Made by a program: the position numbers and the translations under genes. DNA of 62,471 nucleotides, counting the filler. It is 6 parts of 6 records of this genome, joined end to end, with 100 filler letters (N's around TTAATTAATTAA, not from the genome) between each part and the next. Parts side by side here need not be neighbours in the genome. Positions count along the whole stretch, not along the records: positions 1 to 13,653 come from SRR31156797_10592; positions 13,754 to 32,481 come from SRR31156797_10596; 4 more parts are not named here. One strand, written 5' to 3'. The notes under the pieces are model-generated. The model did not search any database. It saw only the letters and a list, made by a program, of their open reading frames with translations, and was not told where the DNA came from. Of the stretch, positions 8,878-17,355 are shown in pieces; position 1 is the first letter of the stretch; each line of letters begins with the position of its first letter.

Positions 8878-11310
8878 TTATCTGCTTTTTTTATAACACT
8901 CCACCAGGTTGCGCCCTTTCTTCTTTGCCCGATACAGGGCCTCATCCGCATGTTTCATCAGCTCTTCGATCTTTTCGATGCTGCTGTTCCAGGTGGCGAC
9001 CCCCAGGCTCACGGTAAACGAGATCTCGCCCTTGTCCAGGGTCACGGAACTTCGCTCACAGGCCTGCCTGAACCGTTCGGCAATGGCAAACGCCCCCATG
9101 AGGTCGGTCTCCGGAAGAAGAATGACAAACTCCTCTCCCCCGACCCGGGCGAACACGTCCGCATCCCTGAGGGCCTTGCGCCCCATATAGGCAAAGGTCT
9201 TCAGCACCAGGTCCCCTATTTCGTGGCCATGGGTGTCGTTGATCACCTTGAAATGATCCAGGTCCAGCATGATGAGAGAAAGACCGTGATGGGCGTACCG
9301 TTTCTGGCGCTCCAGTTCGATTCTTCCAAGCTCCATGAAGTGTCTTCGGTTGCACAATCCCGTCAGATAGTCGGTGGTGGCCACCTCCTTGAGCTTCTCC
9401 TGGTACGCCCGTTTTTCCGTGATGTCATCCACCATCCAGATCACCCCTTTGAACAGATCCGGTGGTGTGGCCAAATCAATGGCCTTGCCGGAGAGGGTGC
9501 ACCAAACCGGAAAGCCGTCCTTTTTCCTGAGCTGATACTCCACCTGGATCTGTTCACCATCGACCAGCCGGTTGAAATATTTTTCCCCAAACTCGGAGAA
9601 CCGCTCCTCGGAGAGATGAAGCGCCTTCATGCTCAATCCTATCATCTCTTCAGGCGTGGCATAACCAAGGATATCCGCCAGCCGGTGGTTTCCCCGATAC
9701 AGGGTCCGGCCCCCCTTTAGGAACATGATGCCCACCGGGCTGTTTTCAACAATGGCTTTCAGCTCCTCCAGGGCACTCTTCAACTTCTGCTCCATCTCCT
9801 GCCTGAAGGTAATATCCCGGAACTCCACCACCCTCAGCATGCGCCCCTTGTAGGGGAAGGGCTTGCCCTGGAGCTCAAGGGGATAGGTGGAACCATCTTT
9901 TCTCACCCCCTCGACACAATAGGGATTTTCATAGTCTGCGGCAAATTTTGACCGCACCGTATCATGCCAGGCCGGGGCGATGAGGTTATATCCGGACATG
10001 CCGATCAACTCTTGGGGAGAGTATCCGGTGATGTCGGAAAAGGCCTGGTTCACATCGATGATACACTTCTTGTCATGGATGGCAATGCCGCCGGAGGAGG
10101 CCTCGTGGAGGATGCGAAACCGCTCCTCGCTCTCCCTGAGTTCCCGCTCCGCACGCTTTCGCTTTTCAATGTCGGTTTTCAGTATTGCGTTCACCCCGGC
10201 AAGCTCGGCCGTCTGACTCTCCATCTGCTCGAGCATCCGGTCCACCTCCCTGCCGAGGGTGCCGATTTCATCTTTATGGGGAAGGGAGATCCGGGCGGAA
10301 AGGTCCCCTGTCTTTGCAACCCCCAGCACATGGCCGGTCAACGCCATGATGGGGGAGACAACAACCGTTCTTACGATAAGGAGAACCAAAAACGCCATGA
10401 ACAGGGCAAGAACGGATATCAGTGTCAACGAGTAGATAAAGGTGCTTCTCCCCTGGGCAAGGATCTGCCTTGGAATCTCAGCCCGTATCAGGAAATCCTG
10501 GCCGCCGCCGATATCCGGCAGCCTCGCATAGAGCAGAAGAGGCTTGTCCCCGCCCTTTTCCAGGATGTGAATCGCTTCAGGGTCAAGGGTTTTTGAAAGT
10601 TCCGCCTCTTCCCGGGTCAACCCGTCTTCTTCAATAGTAAGAATACTGAACTCCACCTCAACCTGTTTCGCCAGGTGTTTCATAGCAGCCGTATCTAAAA
10701 GACGGCCCAGAACAAGCACCCCCCGGACGGGCCCCCGGTTGCCGGTGGTAATGATGGGACGAAGACTTGTCAGCATGGGGCCTCTGTCGCTGTTGTAGAT
10801 CCCTGAAATCTTCACCCCGGAGAGATCCTCTTTATCCGTGGAATCAAAAGCAAGGGAATCAACTCCGGAAAACAGATATTCTGGAAAAGAGGTCAATACG
10901 GTTTTCTCCATTGTTGAGAAATCCCATTTTTCACAAAAAAGGACTTTACCCGAGATATCGATGACGCAGGCAAGGCTCAACCGGTTGTTCACCATGGTAT
11001 CGGGATTGAGATTTCTCTCAACAAAGCCGGGGGATGGAAAGGCCGCAAAACCGTAGAGATCGTCCCAGGCAGCCCAGTCGTGGCAAAGGACGTCCACATG
11101 GTGGATCTCCTCCCTGATCGCCTTGATACAGCGTTCCATGTCCTTTGTTGCCTCGCTTACCTCCAACGCTTTAAACCCCGGCAGGATGATAAGGTGATGG
11201 ATGGCATAGTTAAAAGAGGCAAAAAGGCTAAAGACCATCAACAGAATCAGGAGCAGCTTTGTTTTCAGGGGCATTCTCTCGCGTACCTTTGATCCACAAA
11301 TAGTTTTCAT
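8878..11310 (-). CDS. Diguanylate cyclase, CHASE4-HAMP-PAS-PAS-GGDEF
   Basis: DWAAWDD (CHASE4), DEIGTL HAMP, two PAS/PAC domains, DYLTGL, LDLDHFK, RDAD I-site five residues before GGEEF. Confidence 0.92.
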   Translation of the reverse strand: MKTICGSKVRERMPLKTKLLLILLMVFSLFASFNYAIHHLIILPGFKALEVSEATKDMERCIKAIREEIHHVDVLCHDWAAWDDLYGFAAFPSPGFVERNLNPDTMVNNRLSLACVIDISGKVLFCEKWDFSTMEKTVLTSFPEYLFSGVDSLAFDSTDKEDLSGVKISGIYNSDRGPMLTSLRPIITTGNRGPVRGVLVLGRLLDTAAMKHLAKQVEVEFSILTIEEDGLTREEAELSKTLDPEAIHILEKGGDKPLLLYARLPDIGGGQDFLIRAEIPRQILAQGRSTFIYSLTLISVLALFMAFLVLLIVRTVVVSPIMALTGHVLGVAKTGDLSARISLPHKDEIGTLGREVDRMLEQMESQTAELAGVNAILKTDIEKRKRAERELRESEERFRILHEASSGGIAIHDKKCIIDVNQAFSDITGYSPQELIGMSGYNLIAPAWHDTVRSKFAADYENPYCVEGVRKDGSTYPLELQGKPFPYKGRMLRVVEFRDITFRQEMEQKLKSALEELKAIVENSPVGIMFLKGGRTLYRGNHRLADILGYATPEEMIGLSMKALHLSEERFSEFGEKYFNRLVDGEQIQVEYQLRKKDGFPVWCTLSGKAIDLATPPDLFKGVIWMVDDITEKRAYQEKLKEVATTDYLTGLCNRRHFMELGRIELERQKRYAHHGLSLIMLDLDHFKVINDTHGHEIGDLVLKTFAYMGRKALRDADVFARVGGEEFVILLPETDLMGAFAIAERFRQACERSSVTLDKGEISFTVSLGVATWNSSIEKIEELMKHADEALYRAKKKGRNLVECYKKSR

Positions 11311-11433
11311 CTATAATACCTGACTTATATTCAGATCCCCCGGAAAAGTCTATGTTTTTTTACGTTGCGGGATTCTGCGTTATCGTTTATAAGGCTCTCA
11401 ACAAAGCGATATTTCACAAAAGGATTCCCAAGG

Positions 11434-12255
11434 ATGCTCAGTTTCCCCTTTACCCGAAAAAAATTCCTGTCCCTTACGCCCCAGGGCCGGCACCGCTGGA
11501 TCATCAAATGGCTATCAACGGTATACCACAAGATTTCAACCAACCGGGTGGGCCCGGAAAGCCTTGGGCTATTTGCCGGGGAGTACACCCGGGTGATGCA
11601 ATGGTGCGACACCCTTCCCAAAACCCTGCCCGATCCCGGCGACCAGCGGGCATGGCTGGAGTTCGTATCGGACGCCATCCATTGTGAACGGACCGCTTCC
11701 GGGATTGTCCCCAAGGACCAGGATCTCCTGACGGCGATAGAGACCGAGGACAGGCAGGAGGAAAAGAGCGGGGTGCCGAGGCTCGACTTCCATATCGCCC
11801 TGGACGGCCTCAGGAGCCTGTTCAATGTGGGATCGATCTTCAGGACCTGTGATGCCGCGGGCTTCTCTTCCCTGATCCTGGGCAACACCCCCGGGGGGGA
11901 ACATCCCCTGGTGCAAAAGACCTCCATGGGCGCGGCAGGCTGGATGTCCCACACCAAAACCCCGGACCTGGCCCAGACCCTCCTGGAAATGAAGGCCAAA
12001 GGGTACAGGATCACGGCCGTTGAAACGGCAAAGCAATCCCGGCCCTACAATGACAATCCCTGGCAAGCCCGGGGGGTGGTGGTGATGGGCAATGAAGAGT
12101 ATGGAATCTCCTCCCATGTGATGCGGGTGTGCGATGAGGTTGTCCACATTCCCATGTTCGGCAGGAAGAACTCCCTCAACGTTGCCAATGCGACCGCCGT
12201 GGTTCTCTTTCACATCGCGTCCACCCTGTACGCCCAGGGGCCGCAACCCGTTTAA
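11434..12255 (+). CDS. TrmH/SpoU-family RNA 2'-O-methyltransferase with N-terminal extension
   Basis: LRSLFNVGSIFRT, GNEEYG, IPMFG..SLNVA SPOUT motifs. Confidence 0.85.
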   Translation: MLSFPFTRKKFLSLTPQGRHRWIIKWLSTVYHKISTNRVGPESLGLFAGEYTRVMQWCDTLPKTLPDPGDQRAWLEFVSDAIHCERTASGIVPKDQDLLTAIETEDRQEEKSGVPRLDFHIALDGLRSLFNVGSIFRTCDAAGFSSLILGNTPGGEHPLVQKTSMGAAGWMSHTKTPDLAQTLLEMKAKGYRITAVETAKQSRPYNDNPWQARGVVVMGNEEYGISSHVMRVCDEVVHIPMFGRKNSLNVANATAVVLFHIASTLYAQGPQPV

Positions 12256-12375
12256 AATCCTGAAAATACAAAATTAATCTTGCTTTTTAGACTCTCAAGT
12301 ATATAATAAAAGACTTTTGATTGACCCCAGGGTTGGTACGCCTGGAGCAAGGTTAAAGACAACAAGGAGTAGTCA

Positions 12376-13362
12376 ATGAAAACCATAGTTACGACGGTGA
12401 TGGCCGCATTTCTGATCGCCTGTTCCGCTTTTTCGACAGCCGCGGCCCAGGACTCGGTCCTGGTCGGAATTTCAAAGATCGTTGCCCACCCGGCCCTTGA
12501 CGCCCTGGAAACCGGTGTCCAGGACGGAATAAAGGAAAGCTTCCCCAACGCACGGTTTGACCTTCAGAACGCCAACGGAGAGCTTGCAACGGCGGCCTCC
12601 ATAGCCCAGAAGTTCAAGTCCCAGAGAGTGGACCTTGCCGTGGGCATTGCAACCCCCACGGCCCAGGCCCTGGTGGGAACAATCAAAAACCGTCCGGTGC
12701 TCTTCTGCGCCGTGACCGACCCTGTGGGCGCAGGCCTGGTGGGTTCCACGGACAAAGGGGAGAAGAACGTCACCGGCACCTCGGACATGACCCCTGTGCG
12801 GGAACAGATCGCCCTTTTGAACCGGATCAAGCCCCTCAAGACCCTGGGCCATGTCTACTGCAGCAGCGAAGCCAATGCCGTTGCCCTGGCCGTGATCGCC
12901 AAACAGGTGTGCAAGGAGATGGGCATCCGGTTTGTTGAAACCACGGTGACCAACTCCGCCGAGGTGATGCAGGCGGTTCAGACCATCGCATCCCGGGTGG
13001 ACGGTATCTATCTTAGCAACGACAACACCGTATTCTCAGCCCTTTCCGCCGTTACCGCCGTTGCCATGAAACACAAGATACCGGTGATGTCCGCCGACCC
13101 GAGCTCGGCCGCTGACAACGACGTCCTGGCCGCCTGGGGATTTGACTACTACAAGATGGGCAAAGTCACCGGCCATCTTGCGGCACGGATCCTCAAGGGT
13201 GAAAAACCGGAAAACATCCCCACCCTCTTCATGACCGACCCGAGCGACGTGGATCTGTTGATCAACAAGGATGTGGCCAAAAAGCTGGGCCTTGAATTCC
13301 CGGCAGACGTCATTGAATCGGCCAACACCATCATCGAAAACGGAAACCCCACGAGAAAGTAG
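12376..13362 (+). CDS. ABC transporter substrate-binding protein (ABC_sub_bind, putative aromatic amino acid)
   Basis: Signal peptide; HPALD, IATPTAQA, AVTDPV, NVTGTSD motifs; AAGGAG RBS. Confidence 0.88.
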   Translation: MKTIVTTVMAAFLIACSAFSTAAAQDSVLVGISKIVAHPALDALETGVQDGIKESFPNARFDLQNANGELATAASIAQKFKSQRVDLAVGIATPTAQALVGTIKNRPVLFCAVTDPVGAGLVGSTDKGEKNVTGTSDMTPVREQIALLNRIKPLKTLGHVYCSSEANAVALAVIAKQVCKEMGIRFVETTVTNSAEVMQAVQTIASRVDGIYLSNDNTVFSALSAVTAVAMKHKIPVMSADPSSAADNDVLAAWGFDYYKMGKVTGHLAARILKGEKPENIPTLFMTDPSDVDLLINKDVAKKLGLEFPADVIESANTIIENGNPTRK

Positions 13363-13369
13363 AGCGACC

Positions 13370-13653
13370 ATGATAGAAGGCATATTTGTTGAAGGGCTGA
13401 TCTACTCGATCATGGCCCTGGGGGTCTTTTTTACCTTTCGAATCCTCGACTTTCCCGACCTGACCGTGGACGGCTCCTTTCCCATGGGAGCGGTGGTCAT
13501 GGCCGCCTGTCTCCACCAGGGTGTCAACCCGGTCACGGGATTGCTGCTGGCCTTTGCCGGCGGCGTCATGGCAGGCGTGGTCACAGCCGAGATCCACAAC
13601 CGGCTCAAGGTCCCCCACCTGCTGGCCGGCATCCTCACCATGACCATGCTCTA
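13370..13653 (+). CDS. ABC transporter permease (3' partial)
   Basis: FRILDFPDLTVDGSF, LLAGILTMT; cut by the contig end. Confidence 0.85.
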
Positions 13654-13753
13654 NNNNNNNNNNNNNNNNNNNNNNNNNNNNNNNNNNNNNNNNNNNNTTA
13701 ATTAATTAANNNNNNNNNNNNNNNNNNNNNNNNNNNNNNNNNNNNNNNNNNNN
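13654..13753. other. Artificial contig spacer
   Basis: N44-TTAATTAATTAA-N44 (stops in all six frames); GC content drops sharply across it. Confidence 0.98.
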
Positions 13754-15133
13754 AATAAACTCAACCTCTTCATGGTGCATATGGATAAACCCTTTCTCTT
13801 TTGCAGCTTTTACCACGGCTTCTGCAACTGGATGAAAGTAATGCTCTTCTGCACTTGCTGTAAGATTTAAAATATCCTCTTCACTCCATGCATCATCAAA
13901 ACTATTGACTTTTTCAACTTCAAGTTGTCCATAAGTTAAAGTTCCTGTTTTATCAAATACTAAAGTATCTACAGAGCTTAAAGCCTCAATAGATTTTGCC
14001 CCTTTGATCATAATTCCATCTTTTCCAGCTTTAGAAATAGAAGATTTAAAAGCAACTGGGGTTGCTAACTTCAAGGCACACGAATAATCAGCTTGTAATA
14101 CAGCTGCTACATTTTCAAAATCTCTACTAATCAAATAAGAAAGCCCAGCAAGTCCAAGGGTCACAGGCACCAACTTATCAGCTAATCTTGTAGCTTTTAA
14201 TCCAATAGCAGATTTTTCATTGAGTGAGCTGGTAATATAGTTTTTAATCCTTGCCGTTGCTGTATCTTCTCCCACATGCTCAGCCCAGATCTTTATACGA
14301 CCATCTTCTACTACTGTTCCAGAGATAACTCTATCTCCTCTTTGCTTATTGATAGGTTCAGACTCACCTGTCATAGAGACTTGATTCACAGAAGCATTTC
14401 CTGAGACTATATGCCCATCAATTGCAATAGTGTCTCCAGCTCCTACGATCACAAGATCCCCTACTTTGATATCTTTTGTATCGATAAGCTTTTGGGTCAT
14501 TTTCCCATTCTCTTCAACTTCAATCCACGCTTGTTTTACATTTGGTTTAGCAAGCTCTTTAATAAGGTCATCTGATCTATGAACGGTAGTCTCTTCTATA
14601 TATTCACCAAGTTCAAGCATCGCATTGGTTCCATTGGCTGCTAGATAATCTTTTCTTGCAAAAGAGACCCCTACAGCTGTAGCTTCTAAAACCTTTGAAG
14701 TAAGTCCTTCTGTAAATAGCTCTTTAGTACCTTCAAACAATAAAGGTTTGATAGCTGCAAGAGTTATAAGAAACTTTGCAGTTTCATTTGAAAGCATAGG
14801 TTCAACACTTAAAGCAGTTCCTGCACGTGCAACTCCAAATAAACTTGGCTTTTCGTCAACACAAGAGATACACTCCCCTAAAAATGTTTCACAGGTTTTA
14901 AACTTATTAATATCAAGATTTTTTAATAGTTCATCTATAATATCTTCAGCACTCCCATCATGTTCTATTACGATTGAACCAATCGTTTTATTGATCCGAA
15001 CACTTTTGATCCCATTGATCGATTTCATATGATTTATTAATGCTAATTGATTAAAATCTTCTTTTAAAAATTCAATTGAATATCGTACCCGTTTGGCTGT
15101 TTTATGAAGTAGTTTGATATCTTTGTTCTCCAT
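13754..15133 (-). CDS. fezB: P1B-6-type heavy-metal ATPase, ferrosome FezB-like (3' partial)
   Basis: N-terminal R-rich motif LHKTAKRVRY, TGES, ADYSCALKLATP (DYSC signature), DKTGT, EEHYFHP. Confidence 0.8.
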
Positions 15134-15141
15134 ACTAGCTC

Positions 15142-15489
15142 TTAAGCATTTTGCTCCGCTTCAAGCTCTGCTTGGGCATCTTCAAATCGTTCTTTCATCT
15201 CTTCTAAACCTGCACTAAACATTGACCCACCTTTAGCTACAGTTTTAAAGATAGCTTTTTGGGCTTTTTCATTTGTAAGTAGATATGCTCCAGCAACACC
15301 AATTAATGCTCCTATTAAAAACTGATTAGTATCGAATGAGCCTAAAAGATTTGTATTGTTTGTAGTTGTTGTATTATTGATATATGGATTTGTATTTTGT
15401 AATCCAATATCAGCATTATTCATATTCTCTACACTTTGTGTATTTTGTGCAATATAAGGGTTTGTATCGAATGGTTTATTAGTTTGCAT
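15142..15489 (-). CDS. Small GxxxG membrane protein with helical tail (FezA/YtxH-like)
   Basis: FLIGALIGVAGAYLL followed by an amphipathic helix (AGLEEMKERFEDAQAEL); immediately upstream of the P1B-6 ATPase. Confidence 0.7.
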   Translation of the reverse strand: MQTNKPFDTNPYIAQNTQSVENMNNADIGLQNTNPYINNTTTTNNTNLLGSFDTNQFLIGALIGVAGAYLLTNEKAQKAIFKTVAKGGSMFSAGLEEMKERFEDAQAELEAEQNA

Positions 15490-15494
15490 ATGTT

Positions 15495-15836
15495 TTATTC
15501 TCCTACTTCTATTTGTTTTAAATCTTCATCATTTTCATTAAATACTTTTTCATTAATTTTTTCAACTGCATAGATACCTGCAGCACCTAAAGAAAGTACT
15601 GTAAGCATCCCAAAAATATTTTTATTTGCATAATATTGTGTGGCACTAAGTGCAGATGATGTAGCAATAGCTCCTTGAACACCTAGCTTTAAAGAGTTTT
15701 TTGCAACATATGAAGGTGAGATCTCACCTTTTTTTAATTTATCATAATTGATGATTCCTGCAATTGCAGCAGCACTTGCTGCACCTTTTGCTACATCAGT
15801 AGCTGAGATTGTGGGAAGTGTTTGATTATTTGTCAT
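15495..15836 (-). CDS. MamC-like membrane protein (fez-associated)
   Basis: GAASAAAIAG-N..KLKKGEIS....K..LG.QGAIAT pattern resembling MamC-family proteins; ATG overlaps the end of the upstream ORF. Confidence 0.6.
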   Translation of the reverse strand: MTNNQTLPTISATDVAKGAASAAAIAGIINYDKLKKGEISPSYVAKNSLKLGVQGAIATSSALSATQYYANKNIFGMLTVLSLGAAGIYAVEKINEKVFNENDEDLKQIEVGE

Positions 15837-16074
15837 CCATTTTCTCCTCAACTACTACTGGTTCTTCATTTTTCTTTGGCTTTAAACAATCAACTTTTTC
15901 ACTCATTGTTGCTTTTACATCCCCTGCAATCTCTTTTGTTTTTTCATAACTAGAACTTGCAACCTCTTGTACTTTTTTGGCTCCACTTTTTACACTACTT
16001 CTGATTTTTTTATTATTGTTATATGCGACTACTGCTACAGCTCCTGCTGCTAGTCCTGCGACAAATGGTAACAT
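15826..16074 (-). CDS. Small GxxxG membrane protein
   Basis: MLPFVAGLAAGAVAVVAY plus a Lys-rich helical tail; GAGGAG RBS. Confidence 0.7.
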   Translation of the reverse strand: MLPFVAGLAAGAVAVVAYNNNKKIRSSVKSGAKKVQEVASSSYEKTKEIAGDVKATMSEKVDCLKPKKNEEPVVVEEKMDDK

Positions 16075-16077
16075 CTT

Positions 16078-16176
16078 TTACTCCTCTTTTTTTGATTTAG
16101 ATTTTTTATTTTTCTTAAGCAGATAGATCACTGCTCCACCGATAACTGCTCCAACTGCAAATGGTACTAAGGGCAT
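16078..16176 (-). CDS. Unannotated 32-aa GxxxG micro-membrane protein
   Basis: MPLVPFAVGAVIGGAVIYLLKKNKKSKSKKEE*, AGGAGG RBS; fills the gap between neighbouring genes. Confidence 0.75.
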   Translation of the reverse strand: MPLVPFAVGAVIGGAVIYLLKKNKKSKSKKEE

Positions 16177-16185
16177 ACTTTCCTC

Positions 16186-16959
16186 CTAAACATCTTCTTG
16201 GACTTCATTTTGTTTATTTATTTGAGAAAACACAGACATCCCAACAACCCCTAATAAAGCTCCTCCTATAAATGAAAGATTTGTATTACTTAGTACTTTT
16301 AAAAGATCCTCTTGAGAGATCTGGCCTGAAGCAAACTTTCCTGCTAAGTCATTAAACTCATTCATCTTATCCATCATATTTTCACCTGTTGTATGTGCTG
16401 AATACTGAGCATAGATATTGCCTAGATCGACTTGCGTATTGGAATGTTGTGCAACACACTTTCTAAATGCTGGGAGATGATTATTATAAGATGCTGCTTG
16501 AAGTTGAAAAAGTACATCTTTGATATCTGGATATTGATCCACATATAAAAGAAGATTGTCATACATCTTTATATTATCAATCTCAGCTGCCACTCCAACT
16601 TCACAACATTCAAGTAGAGTATTTGGAAGCTCTATCTTCTCATACCAATTATTTATAGGAGCAGGTACATTATATTTTACAAGGAGCGGTTCAAGGGCAC
16701 TAAAGTGTCTTACTTCTGCTTGGATAATATTTAAAAATGATGGTACATTGCCAAAAGTCTCAATCGTTTTACGATAGGTTTCATAGGCATGAAACTCATC
16801 ATACACTGCAATTCGTAGTACCTGATGTAAAATAGGTTCATTATAATTCTCATCAACACGAAGTCCAACTAAAAGTTCCTCATCAAAATTTTTTGTAGGG
16901 ATACTATTTTGTTCTGTTGTGTTATCCACCTCTTCTTTTACCTGTGGATCATTTTCCAT
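16186..16959 (-). CDS. Ferritin-like (DUF2202-type) protein with C-terminal GxxxG TM (FezD-like)
   Basis: YDEFHAYETY, AEVRH (ExxH), GVAAEIDN, ASYNNHLPAF; C-terminal FIGGALLGVVG. Confidence 0.75.
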   Translation of the reverse strand: MENDPQVKEEVDNTTEQNSIPTKNFDEELLVGLRVDENYNEPILHQVLRIAVYDEFHAYETYRKTIETFGNVPSFLNIIQAEVRHFSALEPLLVKYNVPAPINNWYEKIELPNTLLECCEVGVAAEIDNIKMYDNLLLYVDQYPDIKDVLFQLQAASYNNHLPAFRKCVAQHSNTQVDLGNIYAQYSAHTTGENMMDKMNEFNDLAGKFASGQISQEDLLKVLSNTNLSFIGGALLGVVGMSVFSQINKQNEVQEDV

Positions 16960-17279
16960 TATACCACCTCCTTTTCTAAACTATTTAAAATACCTGATAT
17001 CTGCTCTAGGTTTTTTTGAGCAAGAAGATCTTCCCAAAGCTCATATGGGAAAATGCTATTATCATAATTCACCGTGATTGAACCTATCGCTTTATTTATC
17101 TTGATATTTTGAATACCATTGATCTTCTGTGGTAAACTTTGAATATCTTCAATAGTAATACCACTTTGGGTAGCTTCGTTTTTTATCTTTGGACTCACCC
17201 TAACTCGAATCCTCCCTTTTATATGGTGAATCTTTGTAAGATATGATGAAATCTTTATGATATTGTCAACTGTAACCAT
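16959..17279 (-). CDS. Stand-alone HMA-like domain protein with R-rich motif (FezC-like)
   Basis: IHHIKGRIRVRV...GIQNIKINKAIGSITVNYD, the same pattern as the ATPase N-termini. Confidence 0.7.
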   Translation of the reverse strand: MVTVDNIIKISSYLTKIHHIKGRIRVRVSPKIKNEATQSGITIEDIQSLPQKINGIQNIKINKAIGSITVNYDNSIFPYELWEDLLAQKNLEQISGILNSLEKEVV

Positions 17280-17355
17280 TCTTTTTTATCTCTCCTCTAT
17301 CGAATTATTCTTTTTATAACTTAAAGTATTCCTTAATATAAAGTAAGAATTAGTA

